Part shown: positions 1-12,004 of the stretch, piece by piece
How the letters are laid out: the number at the start of each line of letters is the position of its first letter
How positions within the stretch are numbered: position 1 is the stretch's first letter
Assembly (NCBI GenBank): GCA_951406725.2
Contig: OX597833.1
Location: forward strand, 45,074,001 to 45,138,000
Direction of reading: 5' to 3'
Source of the DNA: Octopus vulgaris
Taxonomy: Eukaryota
DNA length: 64,000 bases
The notes under the pieces: model-generated
Database searches by the model: none
Seen by the model: only the letters and a program-made list of their open reading frames with translations
What the model was told of the DNA's origin: nothing
Program-made: the position numbers and the translations under genes

Positions 1-497
1 ACTGAAATAGTGGAGAAGATATGATATTGCTGTGGGCTCGCCCTAGGAAAGAAGTTAAAATTTTTTTTATGCCCATGACACTACATGGACCCTAAGTAAG
101 GCTTGTATAAAATTTGAATGAAATTGGTTGTGTAGTTCTCAAGTTTTAGGGATTCACACAGACAGACAGACATTCATCATCATCATCATCATCATTTAGC
201 GTCCGTTTTCCATGCTAGCATGGGTTGGACGGTTCAACTGGGGTCTGTGAAGCTGGAAGGCTTCATCAGGCCCAGTCAGATCTGGCAGTGTTTCTACGGC
301 TGGATGCCCTTCCTAACGCCAACCACTCCGTGAGTGTAGTGGGTGCTTTTTATGTGCCACCCGCACAGGTGCCAGACAGAGCTGGCAAACAGCTACGAAT
401 GGATGGTGCTTTTATGTGTCACCGGCACGGGGGCCAGGCGAGGCTGGCAACGGACACGAACGGATGGTGCTTTTATCTCAGTTTTAAATATATAGAT
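1..497 (-). mobile_element. Non-autonomous Helitron-like element, 5' part, interrupted by an RTE 3' fragment
   Basis: cagttttaaatatatagat (~479-497) closely matches the reverse complement of the atctatatatataaaactg start of the Helitron-like copies at 25496 and 57398. The (gaca)n tract at 160-172 resembles the subterminal tract of the 45237-45631 copy. Confidence 0.45.
174..475 (-). mobile_element. RTE LINE 3' UTR fragment with (GAT)n tail
   Basis: (cat)n followed by gcgtccgttttccatgctagc...ggctggatgcccttcctaacgccaaccactcc, matching the 3' ends of the RT-bearing LINEs at 18951 and 22673. Confidence 0.85.
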
Positions 498-854
498 ACA
501 TAAATACATAAGTATATATATATATATATATATGGTGCATATCCATATATATAAATAAATATATACACATACATAGAAACTTGCACACATGTATGTGTGG
601 GTGAGCGTACATACGTATAGGCTACATGTATATCAGCCAGTATTCTTTCTCATTCTATAACGTTTTCACGATAAATATGCTGATTAAAACATACTTGTGT
701 ATTAGTATGGCATATAAAATTGCAGACTTGTGTAATCATAGATATATATAAATAACCAAGTTTGTATGTGTGTGTGTAAATGTTTTAAATATTTTTTCTA
801 AGTGAAAACAATGCAATTTATAAATATTGATAACACAGGTTGATGGTTACTTAT

Positions 855-881
855 GGGTGATGGTGGTGGCATTCAACGTAC
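855..881 (-). pseudogene. 27-nt micro-exon slot with both splice sites lost
   Basis: Same flanks as the intact slots, but the acceptor reads ctccatAT and the donor ATaagt. Phase-0 reading GTA CGT TGA contains a stop. Confidence 0.45.
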
Positions 882-1217
882 ATATGGAGAAAAAGAGATG
901 AGATACATGTGTATAGTGCATATACAGATAAATATATTCTCATACATAGAGACATGTGCACATATGAGTGTGTTTGTACATTCATATGTATAGGCCACAT
1001 GTATATCAGCCAGTATCTTATTTCATCAACAAAGATTAAAATATACGTGTTTATTAGTATCAGCCAGTATCTTTTCTCTTTGTATAATGTTTAAAAAGAA
1101 ATATGCTGATGAAAATATACGTGTGTATTAATATGGCATTAATAATTAATTAGAATAATAATTTCTACATTTATGAATTTGTGTTGCAAGATTCCTTGTG
1201 TGAAACTGTGTTGAAAG

Positions 1218-1656
1218 ATATTGCTGCATATGGTGATGGTCATATTTTTTTGCTTTTTGCCAAATAGATATGTGCACTATATATTCGTTCTTCCCCCATT
1301 TATTACTGTTCTTACTCTAACTCATGTCCATCATCCAGACACCTTTTGTCACACATCTGTGACCTCTTCAGTGACACTTTCCGTATTCATGTTTGCTCTT
1401 GCTCTGCTTATTCCATTCTGTTCTTCTATGATGTGTCACATCATAAAAAAAAACAGAATGGAATGAGCAGAAGAAGAGCACACACGAATGTAGAAAGTGT
1501 GGCTGAAGAGGTCAGAGATGTGTGACAAAAGGTATCCAGACAATGGACTTAAGTTAGAATAAGAAGAGTAATAAACAAGTGAAGATCAGATATGTAGTGC
1601 ATGTGTCTATTTGGCCAAAAAAGGAAAATAATGAGCATCCCAAATGACAACAATAT
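1218..1656. mobile_element. ~440-bp fully palindromic hairpin element (MITE-like)
   Basis: Arms pair around tatgatgtgtcacatcata (~1428-1446), e.g. ccttttgtcacacatctgtgacctcttcag / ctgaagaggtcagagatgtgtgacaaaagg. Confidence 0.75.
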
Positions 1657-2101
1657 AATCATAATAATTAAACATTATGAATTCTTCTTGTAAGCTTGTT
1701 TCACTATGTGGCCTGCATACATTATCCATATCTTATTTATTATTGTACTTAAATTCATCATACTTTTATCTAAGAGTCTACCACAAAAAGCAATGAATGA
1801 GAAGAAAAATCATATCTTTAGCAGCCATTTATGGAAAATCTGTCTGTGATAGGCGGAAACTAAAAATACATTTGAAATCAGCATAAAAAATAGTTCTGAA
1901 TCACTGAATAACCTATAAACAAACAATCAGCACTTATTTCATCTAAAAGTGCAGTTGTGTAATTATAGATATATAAAATTAATCATGTGTGTGAGTATGT
2001 GTGTGCATGTGTGTGTGTAGATATATATATACATTTCTGTGTGTATGTGTTTGTGTATCTGTATGTGTGTGTGTGTTTGCATCTGTGTGTGTGTGTGAAA
2101 A

Positions 2102-2320
2102 AATCATCCAATGTTCTGTAATGAGGACCACAGACATGAAGTGTTTCAAATTACAAGACACCATGTGAGAGAAAATCGCGATGTCATTGGAGCATAATGT
2201 GTCCACATGGATGATGGCTCACTTGCATTCAATATTGCTGCAAAGAGAGAGAAAGTCAAACTGTTCAACCCATGACAGCAAGGAATGTGGACGTTAAACA
2301 ACGACGATGCCGATGATGAC
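2102..2320 (+). mobile_element. Internally deleted old RTE fragment (mid-ORF piece fused to 3' terminus)
   Basis: gtgagagaaaatcgcgatgtcattggag...atggatgatggctcacttgcattcaat matches the RTE ORF, then runs directly into ggacgttaaac plus a degenerate (gat)n tail. Duplicate copy at ~15020-15237. Confidence 0.7.
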
Positions 2321-2406
2321 TATGTTAATGTTTTAAATATGTTTTCTAAGCCAAAACAATGCAGTTATAAATATAAATAATATAGGTTGATGATTAGTTC
2401 CCTTAC

Positions 2407-2430
2407 CTGTCTTGCAGCAGGATGGCTCAT
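2407..2430 (-). CDS. Candidate 24-nt micro-exon
   Basis: ctctttttctccatag|atgagccatcctgctgcaagacag|gtaagg. Canonical splice sites, length a multiple of 3. Confidence 0.5.
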
Positions 2431-2802
2431 CTATGGAGAAAAAGAGATGAGACATATATAGTATATATAGTGTATCATTCAACTACAGCAGTAGCTGAAT
2501 AATATTCTTAAGGACGCAATTTACACACACGCAGCACCTTTCAGAGCTTGTCACTAATTCAGTTCTTAACTAAATGGAAAACCAGTAGATGAAAATTGGT
2601 CCAGTAGAAAAATGTTTACAATAAAATTTGGAGTGACATTATAGGAGACTAAATAACACCACCAGTCAAGTTTAGATCTAAATAAAGCAAAATATATTCA
2701 TCTTAGCTTCAATGACAGAAGAAAGCATGAAGAATGTCATAGTTTTGTACCCATGCAACAAAAATTTGTATAAAAAAAGTTGGGAGGTAAAATATGAAAA
2801 TT

Positions 2803-5800
2803 CACTATCATTTCTTCCCCTGACTTGCAGCGATGTCCATGAGCAGGCTAAGATTTCTCGCTTCTATTTCATACATACATACATACATTTGTCTACCGTT
2901 TAAATGTTTTGAACTTATAACCACCAATCTGCTTTGCTTTCCTTTTCTCTCTACATGCCACCCTAAAAACATCGCCATTCCCGCCCGTTTCTCTAAAGTT
3001 CAACCTTCGCATATTCCCTTTAATTCGATCTCCACCATTCACTATCATTTCTTCCCCTGACTTGCAGCGATGTCCATGAGCAGGCTAAGATTTCTCGCTT
3101 CTATTTTCATACATACATACATTTGTCTACCGTTTAAATGTTTTGAACTTATAACCACCAATCTGCTTTGCTTTCCTTTTCTCTCTACATGCCACCCTAA
3201 AAACATCGCCATTCCCGCCCGTTTCTCTAAAGTTCAACCTTCGCATATTCCCTTTAATTCGATCTCCACCATTCACTATCATTTCTTCCCCTGACTTGCA
3301 GCGATGTCCATGAGCAGGCTAAGATTTCTCGCTTCTATTTCATACATACATACATACATTTGTCTACCGTTTAAATGTTTTGAACTTATAACCACCAATC
3401 TGCTTTGCTTTCCTTTTCTCTCTACATGCCACCCTAAAAACATCGCCATTCCCGCCCGTTTCTCTAAAGTTCAACCTTCGCATATTCCCTTTAATTCGAT
3501 CTCCACCATTCACTATCATTTCTTCCCCTGACTTGCAGCGATGTCCATGAGCAGGCTAAGATTTCTCGCTTCTATTTCATACATACATACATACATTTGT
3601 CTACCGTTTAAATGTTTTGAACTTATAACCACCAATCTGCTTTGCTTTCCTTTTCTCTCTACATGCCACACTAAAAACATCGCCATTCCCGCCCGTTTCT
3701 CTAAAGTTCAACCTTCGCATATTCCCTTTAATTCGATCTCCACCATTCACTATCATTTCTTCCCCTGACTTGCAGCGATGTCCATGAGCAGGCTAAGATT
3801 TCTCGCTTCTATTTTCATACATACATACATTTGTCTACCGTTTAAATGTTTTGAACTTATAACCACCAATCTGCTTTGCTTTCCTTTTCTCTCTACATGC
3901 CACCCTAAAAACATCGCCATTCCCGCCCGTTTCTCTAAAGTTCAACCTTCGCATATTCCCTTTAATTCGATCTCCACCATTCACTATCATTTCTTCCCCT
4001 GACTTGCAGCGATGTCCATGAGCAGGCTAAGATTTCTCGCTTCTATTTTCATACATACATACATTTGTCTACCGTTTAAATGTTTTGAACTTATAACCAC
4101 CAATCTGCTTTGCTTTCCTTTTCTCTCTACATGCCACCCTAAAAACATCGCCATTCCCGCCCGTTTCTCTAAAGTTCAACCTTCGCATATTCCCTTTAAT
4201 TCGATCTCCACCATTCACTATCATTTCTTCCCCTGACTTGCAGCGATGTCCATGAGCAGGCTAAGATTTCTCGCTTCTATTTCATACATACATACATTTG
4301 TCTACCGTTTAAATGTTTTGAACTTATAACCACCAATCTGCTTTGCTTTCCTTTTCTCTCTACATGCCACCCTAAAAACATCGCCATTCCCGCCCGTTTC
4401 TCTAAAGTTCAACCTTCGCATATTCCCTTTAATTCGATCTCCACCATTCACTATCATTTCTTCCCCTGACTTGCAGCGATGTCCATGAGCAGGCTAAGAT
4501 TTCTCGCTTCTATTTTACATACATACATACATTTGTCTACCGTTTAAATGTTTTGAACTTATAACCACCAATCTGCTTTGCTTTCCTTTTCTCTCTACAT
4601 GCCACCCTAAAAACATCGCCATTCCCGCCCGTTTCTCTAAAGTTCAACCTTCGCATATTCCCTTTAATTCGATCTCCACCATTCACTATCATTTCTTCCC
4701 CTGACTTGCAGCGATGTCCATGAGCAGGCTAAGATTTCTCGCTTCTATTTCATACATACATACATACATTTGTCTACCGTTTAAATGTTTTGAACTTATA
4801 ACCACCAATCTGCTTTGCTTTCCTTTTCTCTCTACATGCCACCCTAAAAACATCGCCATTCCCGCCCGTTTCTCTAAAGTTCAACCTTCGCATATTCCCT
4901 TTAATTCGATCTCCACCATTCACTATCATTTCTTCCCCTGACTTGCAGCGATGTCCATGAGCAGGCTAAGATTTCTCGCTTCTATTTCATACATACATAC
5001 ATTTGTCTACCGTTTAAATGTTTTGAACTTATAACCACCAATCTGCTTTGCTTTCCTTTTCTCTCTACATGCCACCCTAAAAACATCGCCATTCCCGCCC
5101 GTTTCTCTAAAGTTCAACCTTCGCATATTCCCTTTAATTCGATCTCCACCATTCACTATCATTTCTTCCCCTGACTTGCAGCGATGTCCATGAGCAGGCT
5201 AAGATTTCTCGCTTCTATTTCATACATACATACATACATTTGTCTACCGTTTAAATGTTTTGAACTTATAACCACCAATCTGCTTTGCTTTCCTTTTCTC
5301 TCTACATGCCACCCTAAAAACATCGCCATTCCCGCCCGTTTCTCTAAAGTTCAACCTTCGCATATTCCCTTTAATTCGATCTCCACCATTCACTATCATT
5401 TCTTCCCCTGACTTGCAGCGATGTCCATGAGCAGGCTAAGATTTCTCGCTTCTATTTTCATACATACATACATTTGTCTACTGTTTAAATGTTTTGAACT
5501 TATAACCACCAATCTGCTTTGCTTTCCTTTTCTCTCTACATGCCACCCTAAAAACATCGCCATTCCCGCCCGTTTCTCTAAAGTTCAACCTTCGCATATT
5601 CCCTTTAATTCGATCTCCACCATTCACTATCATTTCTTCCCCTGACTTGCAGCGATGTCCATGAGCAGGCTAAGATTTCTCGCTTCTATTTTACATACAT
5701 ACATACATTTGTCTACCGTTTAAATGTTTTGAACTTATAACCACCAATCTGCTTTGCTTTCCTTTTCTCTCTACATGCCACCCTAAAAACATCGCCATTC

Positions 5801-8800
5801 CCGCCCGTTTCTCTAAAGTTCAACCTTCGCATATTCCCTTTAATTCGATCTCCACCATTCACTATCATTTCTTCCCCTGACTTGCAGCGATGTCCATGAG
5901 CAGGCTAAGATTTCTCGCTTCTATTTTCATACATACATACATTTGTCTACCGTTTAAATGTTTTGAACTTATAACCACCAATCTGCTTTGCTTTCCTTTT
6001 CTCTCTACATGCCACCCTAAAAACATCGCCATTCCCGCCCGTTTCTCTAAAGTTCAACCTTCGCATATTCCCTTTAATTCGATCTCCACCATTCACTATC
6101 ATTTCTTCCCCTGACTTGCAGCGATGTCCATGAGCAGGCTAAGATTTCTCGCTTCTATTTCATACATACATACATACATTTGTCTACCGTTTAAATGTTT
6201 TGAACTTATAACCACCAATCTGCTTTGCTTTCCTTTTCTCTCTACATGCCACCCTAAAAACATCGCCATTCCCGCCCGTTTCTCTAAAGTTCAACCTTCG
6301 CATATTCCCTTTAATTCGATCTCCACCATTCACTATCATTTCTTCCCCTGACTTGCAGCGATGTCCATGAGCAGGCTAAGATTTCTCGCTTCTATTTCAT
6401 ACATACATACATACATTTGTCTACCGTTTAAATGTTTTGAACTTATAACCACCAATCTGCTTTGCTTTCCTTTTCTCTCTACATGCCACCCTAAAAACAT
6501 CGCCATTCCCGCCCGTTTCTCTAAAGTTCAACCTTCGCATATTCCCTTTAATTCGATCTCCACCATTCACTATCATTTCTTCCCCTGACTTGCAGCGATG
6601 TCCATGAGCAGGCTAAGATTTCTCGCTTCTATTTTACATACATACATACATTTGTCTACCGTTTAAATGTTTTGAACTTATAACCACCAATCTGCTTTGC
6701 TTTCCTTTTCTCTCTACATGCCACCCTAAAAACATCGCCATTCCCGCCCGTTTCTCTAAAGTTCAACCTTCGCATATTCCCTTTAATTCGATCTCCACCA
6801 TTCACTATCATTTCTTCCCCTGACTTGCAGCGATGTCCATGAGCAGGCTAAGATTTCTCGCTTCTATTTCATACATACATACATACATTTGTCTACCGTT
6901 TAAATGTTTTGAACTTATAACCACCAATCTGCTTTGCTTTCCTTTTCTCTCTACATGCCACCCTAAAAACATCGCCATTCCCGCCCGTTTCTCTAAAGTT
7001 CAACCTTCGCATATTCCCTTTAATTCGATCTCCACCATTCACTATCATTTCTTCCCCTGACTTGCAGCGATGTCCATGAGCAGGCTAAGATTTCTCGCTT
7101 CTATTACATACATACATACATTTGTCTACCGTTTAAATGTTTTGAACTTATAACCACCAATCTGCTTTGCTTTCCTTTTCTCTCTACATGCCACCCTAAA
7201 AACATCGCCATTCCCGCCCGTTTCTCTAAAGTTCAACCTTCGCATATTCCCTTTAATTCGATCTCCACCATTCACTATCATTTCTTCCCCTGACTTGCAG
7301 CGATGTCCATGAGCAGGCTAAGATTTCTCGCTTCTATTTCATACATACATACATTTGTCTACCGTTTAAATGTTTTGAACTTATAACCACCAATCTGCTT
7401 TGCTTTCCTTTTCTCTCTACATGCCACCCTAAAAACATCGCCATTCCCGCCCGTTTCTCTAAAGTTCAACCTTCGCATATTCCCTTTAATTCGATCTCCA
7501 CCATTCACTATCATTTCTTCCCCTGACTTGCAGCGATGTCCATGAGCAGGCTAAGATTTCTCGCTTCTATTTACATACATACATACATTTGTCTACCGTT
7601 TAAATGTTTTGAACTTATAACCACCAATCTGCTTTGCTTTCCTTTTCTCTCTACATGCCACCCTAAAAACATCGCCATTCCCGCCCGTTTCTCTAAAGTT
7701 CAACCTTCGCATATTCCCTTTAATTCGATCTCCACCATTCACTATCATTTCTTCCCCTGACTTGCAGCGATGTCCATGAGCAGGCTAAGATTTCTCGCTT
7801 CTATTTCATACATACATACATACATTTGTCTACCGTTTAAATGTTTTGAACTTATAACCACCAATCTGCTTTGCTTTCCTTTTCTCTCTACATGCCACCC
7901 TAAAAACATCGCCATTCCCGCCCGTTTCTCTAAAGTTCAACCTTCGCATATTCCCTTTAATTCGATCTCCACCATTCACTATCATTTCTTCCCCTGACTT
8001 GCAGCGATGTCCATGAGCAGGCTAAGATTTCTCGCTTCTATTTCATACATACATACATACATTTGTCTACCGTTTAAATGTTTTGAACTTATAACCACCA
8101 ATCTGCTTTGATTTCCTTTTCTCTCTACATACCACCCTAAAAACATCGCCATTCCCGCCCGTTTCTCTAAAGTTCAACCTTCGCATACTCCCTTTAATTC
8201 GATCTCCACCATTCACTATCATTTCTTCCCCTGACTTGCAGCGATGTCCATGAGCAGGCTAAGATTTCTCGCTTCTATTTCATACATACATACATACATT
8301 TGTCTACCGTTTAAATGTTTTGAACTTATAACCACCAATCTGCTTTGCTTTCCTTTTCTCTCTACATGCCACCCTAAAAACATCGCCATTCCCGCCCGTT
8401 TCTCTAAAGTTCAACCTTCGCATATTCCCTTTAATTCGATCTCCACCATTCACTATCATTTCTTCCCCTGACTTGCAGCGATGTCCATGAGCAGGCTAAG
8501 ATTTCTCGCTTCTATTTCATACATACATACATACATTTGTCTACCGTTTAAATGTTTTGAACTTATAACCACCAATCTGCTTTGCTTTCCTTTTCTCTCT
8601 ACATGCCACCCTAAAAACATCGCCATTATCGCCCGTTTCTCTAAAGTTCAACCTTCGCATACTCCCTTTAATTCGATCTCCACCATTCACTATCATTTCT
8701 TCCCCTGACTTGCAGCGATGTCCATGAGCAGGCTAAGATTTCTCGCTTCTATTTCATACATACATACATACATTTGTCTACCGTTTAAATGTTTTGAACT

Positions 8801-11509
8801 TATAACCACCAATCTGCTTTGCTTTCCTTTTCTCTCTACATGCCACCCTAAAAACATCGCCATTCCCGCCCGTTTCTCTAAAGTTCAACCTTCTCATATT
8901 CCCTTTAATTCGATCTCCACCATTCGCTATCATTCTTCCCCTGACTTGCAGCGATGTCCATGAGCAGGCTAAGATTTCTCGCCTCTATTTCATACATACA
9001 TACATACATTTGTCTACCGTTTAAATGTTTTGAACTTATAACCACCAATCTGCTTTGCTTTCACTTTCTCTCTACATGCCACCCTAAAAACATCGCCATT
9101 CCCGCCCGTTTCTCTAAAGTTCAACCTTCGCATATTCCCTTTAATTCGATCTCCACCATTCACTATCATTTCTTCCCCTGACTTGCAGCGATGTCCATGA
9201 GCAGGCTAAGATTTCTCGCTTCTATTTCATACATACATACATACATTTGTCTACCGTTTAAATGTTTTGAACTTATAACCACCAATCTGCTTTGCTTTCC
9301 TTTTCTCTCTACATGCCACCCTAAAAACATCGCCATTCCCGCCCGTTTCTCTAAAGTTCAACCTTCGCATATTCCCTTTAATTCGATCTCCACCATTCAC
9401 TATCATTTCTTCCCCTGACTTGCAGCGATGTCCATGAGCAGGCTAAGATTTCTCGCTTCTATTTCATACATACATACATACATTTGTCTACCCTTTAAAT
9501 GTTTTGAACTTATAACCACCAATCTGCTTTGCTTTCCTTTTCTCTCTACATGCCACCCTAAAAACATCGCCATTCCCGCCCGTTTCTCTAAAGTTCAACC
9601 TTCGCATATTCCCTTTAATTCGATCTCCACCATTCACTATCATTTCTTCCCCTGACTTGCAGCGATGTCCATGAGCAGGCTAAGATTTCTCGCTTCTATT
9701 TCATACATACATACATACATTTGTCTACCGTTTAAATGTTTTGAACTTATAACCACCAATCTTCTTTGCTTTCCTTTTCTTACTACATCCCACCCAAAAA
9801 ACATCCCCTTTCCCGCCCTTTTCTCTAAAGTTCAACCTTCGCATATTCCCTTTAATTCGATCTCCACCATTCACTATCATTTCTTCCCCTGACTTGCAGC
9901 GATGTCCATGAGCAGGCTAAGATTTCTCGCTTCTATTTCATACATACATACATACCATTGTCTACCGTTTAAATGTTTTGAACTTATAACCACCAATCTG
10001 CTTTGCTTTCCTTTTCTCTCTACATGCCACCCCAAAAACATCGCCATTCCCGCCCGTTTCTCTAAAGTTCAACCTTCGCATACTCCCTTTAATTCGATCT
10101 CCACCATTCACTATCATTTCTTCCCCTGACTTGCAGCGATGTCCATGAGCAGGCTAAGATTTCTCGCTTCTATTTCATACATACATACATACATTTGTCT
10201 ACCGTTTAAATGTTTTGAACTTATAACCACCAATCTGCTTTACTTTCCTTTTCTCTCTACATGCCACCCTAAAAACATCGCCATTCCCGCCCGTTTCTCT
10301 AAAGTTCAACCTTTGCATATTCCCTTTAATTCGATCTCCACCATTCACTATCATTTCTTCCCCTGACTTGCAGCGATGTCCATGAGCAGGCTAAGATTTC
10401 TCGCTTCTATTTCATACATACATACATACATTTGTCTACCGTTTAAATGTTTTGAACTTATAACCACCAATCTGCTTTGCTTTCCTTTTCTCTCTACATG
10501 CCACCCTAAAAACATCGCCATTCCCGCCCGTTTCTCTAAAGTTCAACCTTCGCATATTCCCTTTAATTCGATCTCCACCATTCACTATCATTTCTTCCCC
10601 TGACTTGCAGCGATGTCCATGAGCAGGCTAAGATTTCTCGCTTCTATTTCATACATACATACATACATTTGTCTACCGTTTAAATGTTTTGAACTTATAA
10701 CCACCAATCTGCTTTGCTTTCCTTTTCTCTCTACATGCCACCCTAAAAACATCGCCATTCCCGCCCGTTTCTCTAAAGTTCAACCTTCGCATATTCCCTT
10801 TAATTCGATCTCCACCATTCACTATCATTTCTTCCCCTGACTTGCAGCGATGTCCATGAGCAGGCTAAGATTTCTCGCTTCTATTTCATACATACATACA
10901 TACATTTGTCTACCGTTTAAATGTTTTGAACTTATAACCACCAATCTGCTTTGCTTTCCTTTTCTCTCTACATGCCACCCTAAAAACATCGCCATTCCCG
11001 CCCGTTTCTCTAAAGTTCAACCTTCGCATATTCCCTTTAATTCGATCTCCACCATTCACTATCATTTCTTCCCCTGACTTGCAGCGATGTCCATGAGCAG
11101 GCTAAGATTTCTCGCTTCTATTTCATACATACATACATACATTTGTCTACCGTTTAAATGTTTTGAACTTATAACCACCAATCTGCTTTGCTTTCCTTTT
11201 CTCTCTACATGCCACCCTAAAAACATCGCCATTCCCGCCCGTTTCTCTAAAGTTCAACCTTCGCATATTCCCTTTAATTCGATCTCCACCATTCGCTATC
11301 ATTTCTTCCCCTGACTTGCAGCGATGTCCATGAGCAGGCTAAGATTTCTCGCTTCTATTTCATACATACATACATACATTTGTCTACCGTTTAAATGTTT
11401 TGAACTTATAACCACCAATCTGCTTTGCTTTCCTTTTCTCTCTACATGCCACCCTAAAAACATCGCCATTCCCGCCCGTTTCTCTAAAGTTCAACCTTCG
11501 CATATTCCC
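2803..11509. repeat. Tandem array of ~37 near-identical 233-237-bp units
   Basis: Unit attcactatcatttcttcccctgacttgcagcgatgtcc...ttcgatctccacc repeated head-to-tail. Length variation lies almost entirely in the internal T-run/(cata)n. The last unit is truncated at 11509. Confidence 0.98.
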
Positions 11510-12004
11510 GGTGCACCCGCCCTTGCCCACCCCCACCACCAATACCGGATATCTCTATATTTTTGTTCCATCTATACCGGATGTCGCTTCTCCCACCACC
11601 ATTATAGGTGTCTACTCTTCGAACCCCCCTCTCAGCACGCTATTTCACCATGCATTACCCCTCTCTTGATATCCTACGTTCTACTTGCCTAGAACCTGTC
11701 ATCATTTCTCTGAACCACCCCTCCCCACTGGTGCTCCCCTATATATTTCTATACCCCCCCCCCACATAAAAAGCACCATCCGAACGTGGCCGATGCCAGA
11801 CCCCTCTGGCACCTGTGCAGGTGGCACGTAAAAAACACCCACTACACTCGCGGAGTGGTTGGCGTTAGGAAGGGCATCCAGCTGTAGAAACACTGCCAGA
11901 CTAGACTGGAGCCTGGGGCAGTCCCGAGCTCCCCAGACCCCGGTCGAAACCGTCCAACCCGTGCTAGCGCGGAAAACGGACGTTAAACGATGATGATGAT
12001 GAAG
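2803..12004 (+). mobile_element. Composite non-autonomous retroposon: tandem array + C-rich linker (11510-~11766) + RTE 3' end and (GAT)n tail (~11767-12004)
   Basis: The flanks atatgaaaatt| and |gcataaaattg are separated by only 12 bp in the paralogous empty site at 15709-15742. The 3' ~240 bp match the RTE 3' UTR. Confidence 0.8.

Noticed and set aside
2803-11509. CRISPR array, 5S/tRNA/snRNA cluster or ribozyme-containing satellite
   Set aside because: No unique spacers or cas genes, eukaryotic context, no recognisable structural RNA, and no CUGANGA...GAAA core found on either strand of the unit.
2833-11692. Repeated 74-75-aa ORF (MSMSRLRFLAS...) as a tandem gene family
   Set aside because: No recognisable domain, broken in several units by microsatellite indels or a stop, and many substitutions change amino acids. 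Best explained as a chance ORF in the repeat unit.
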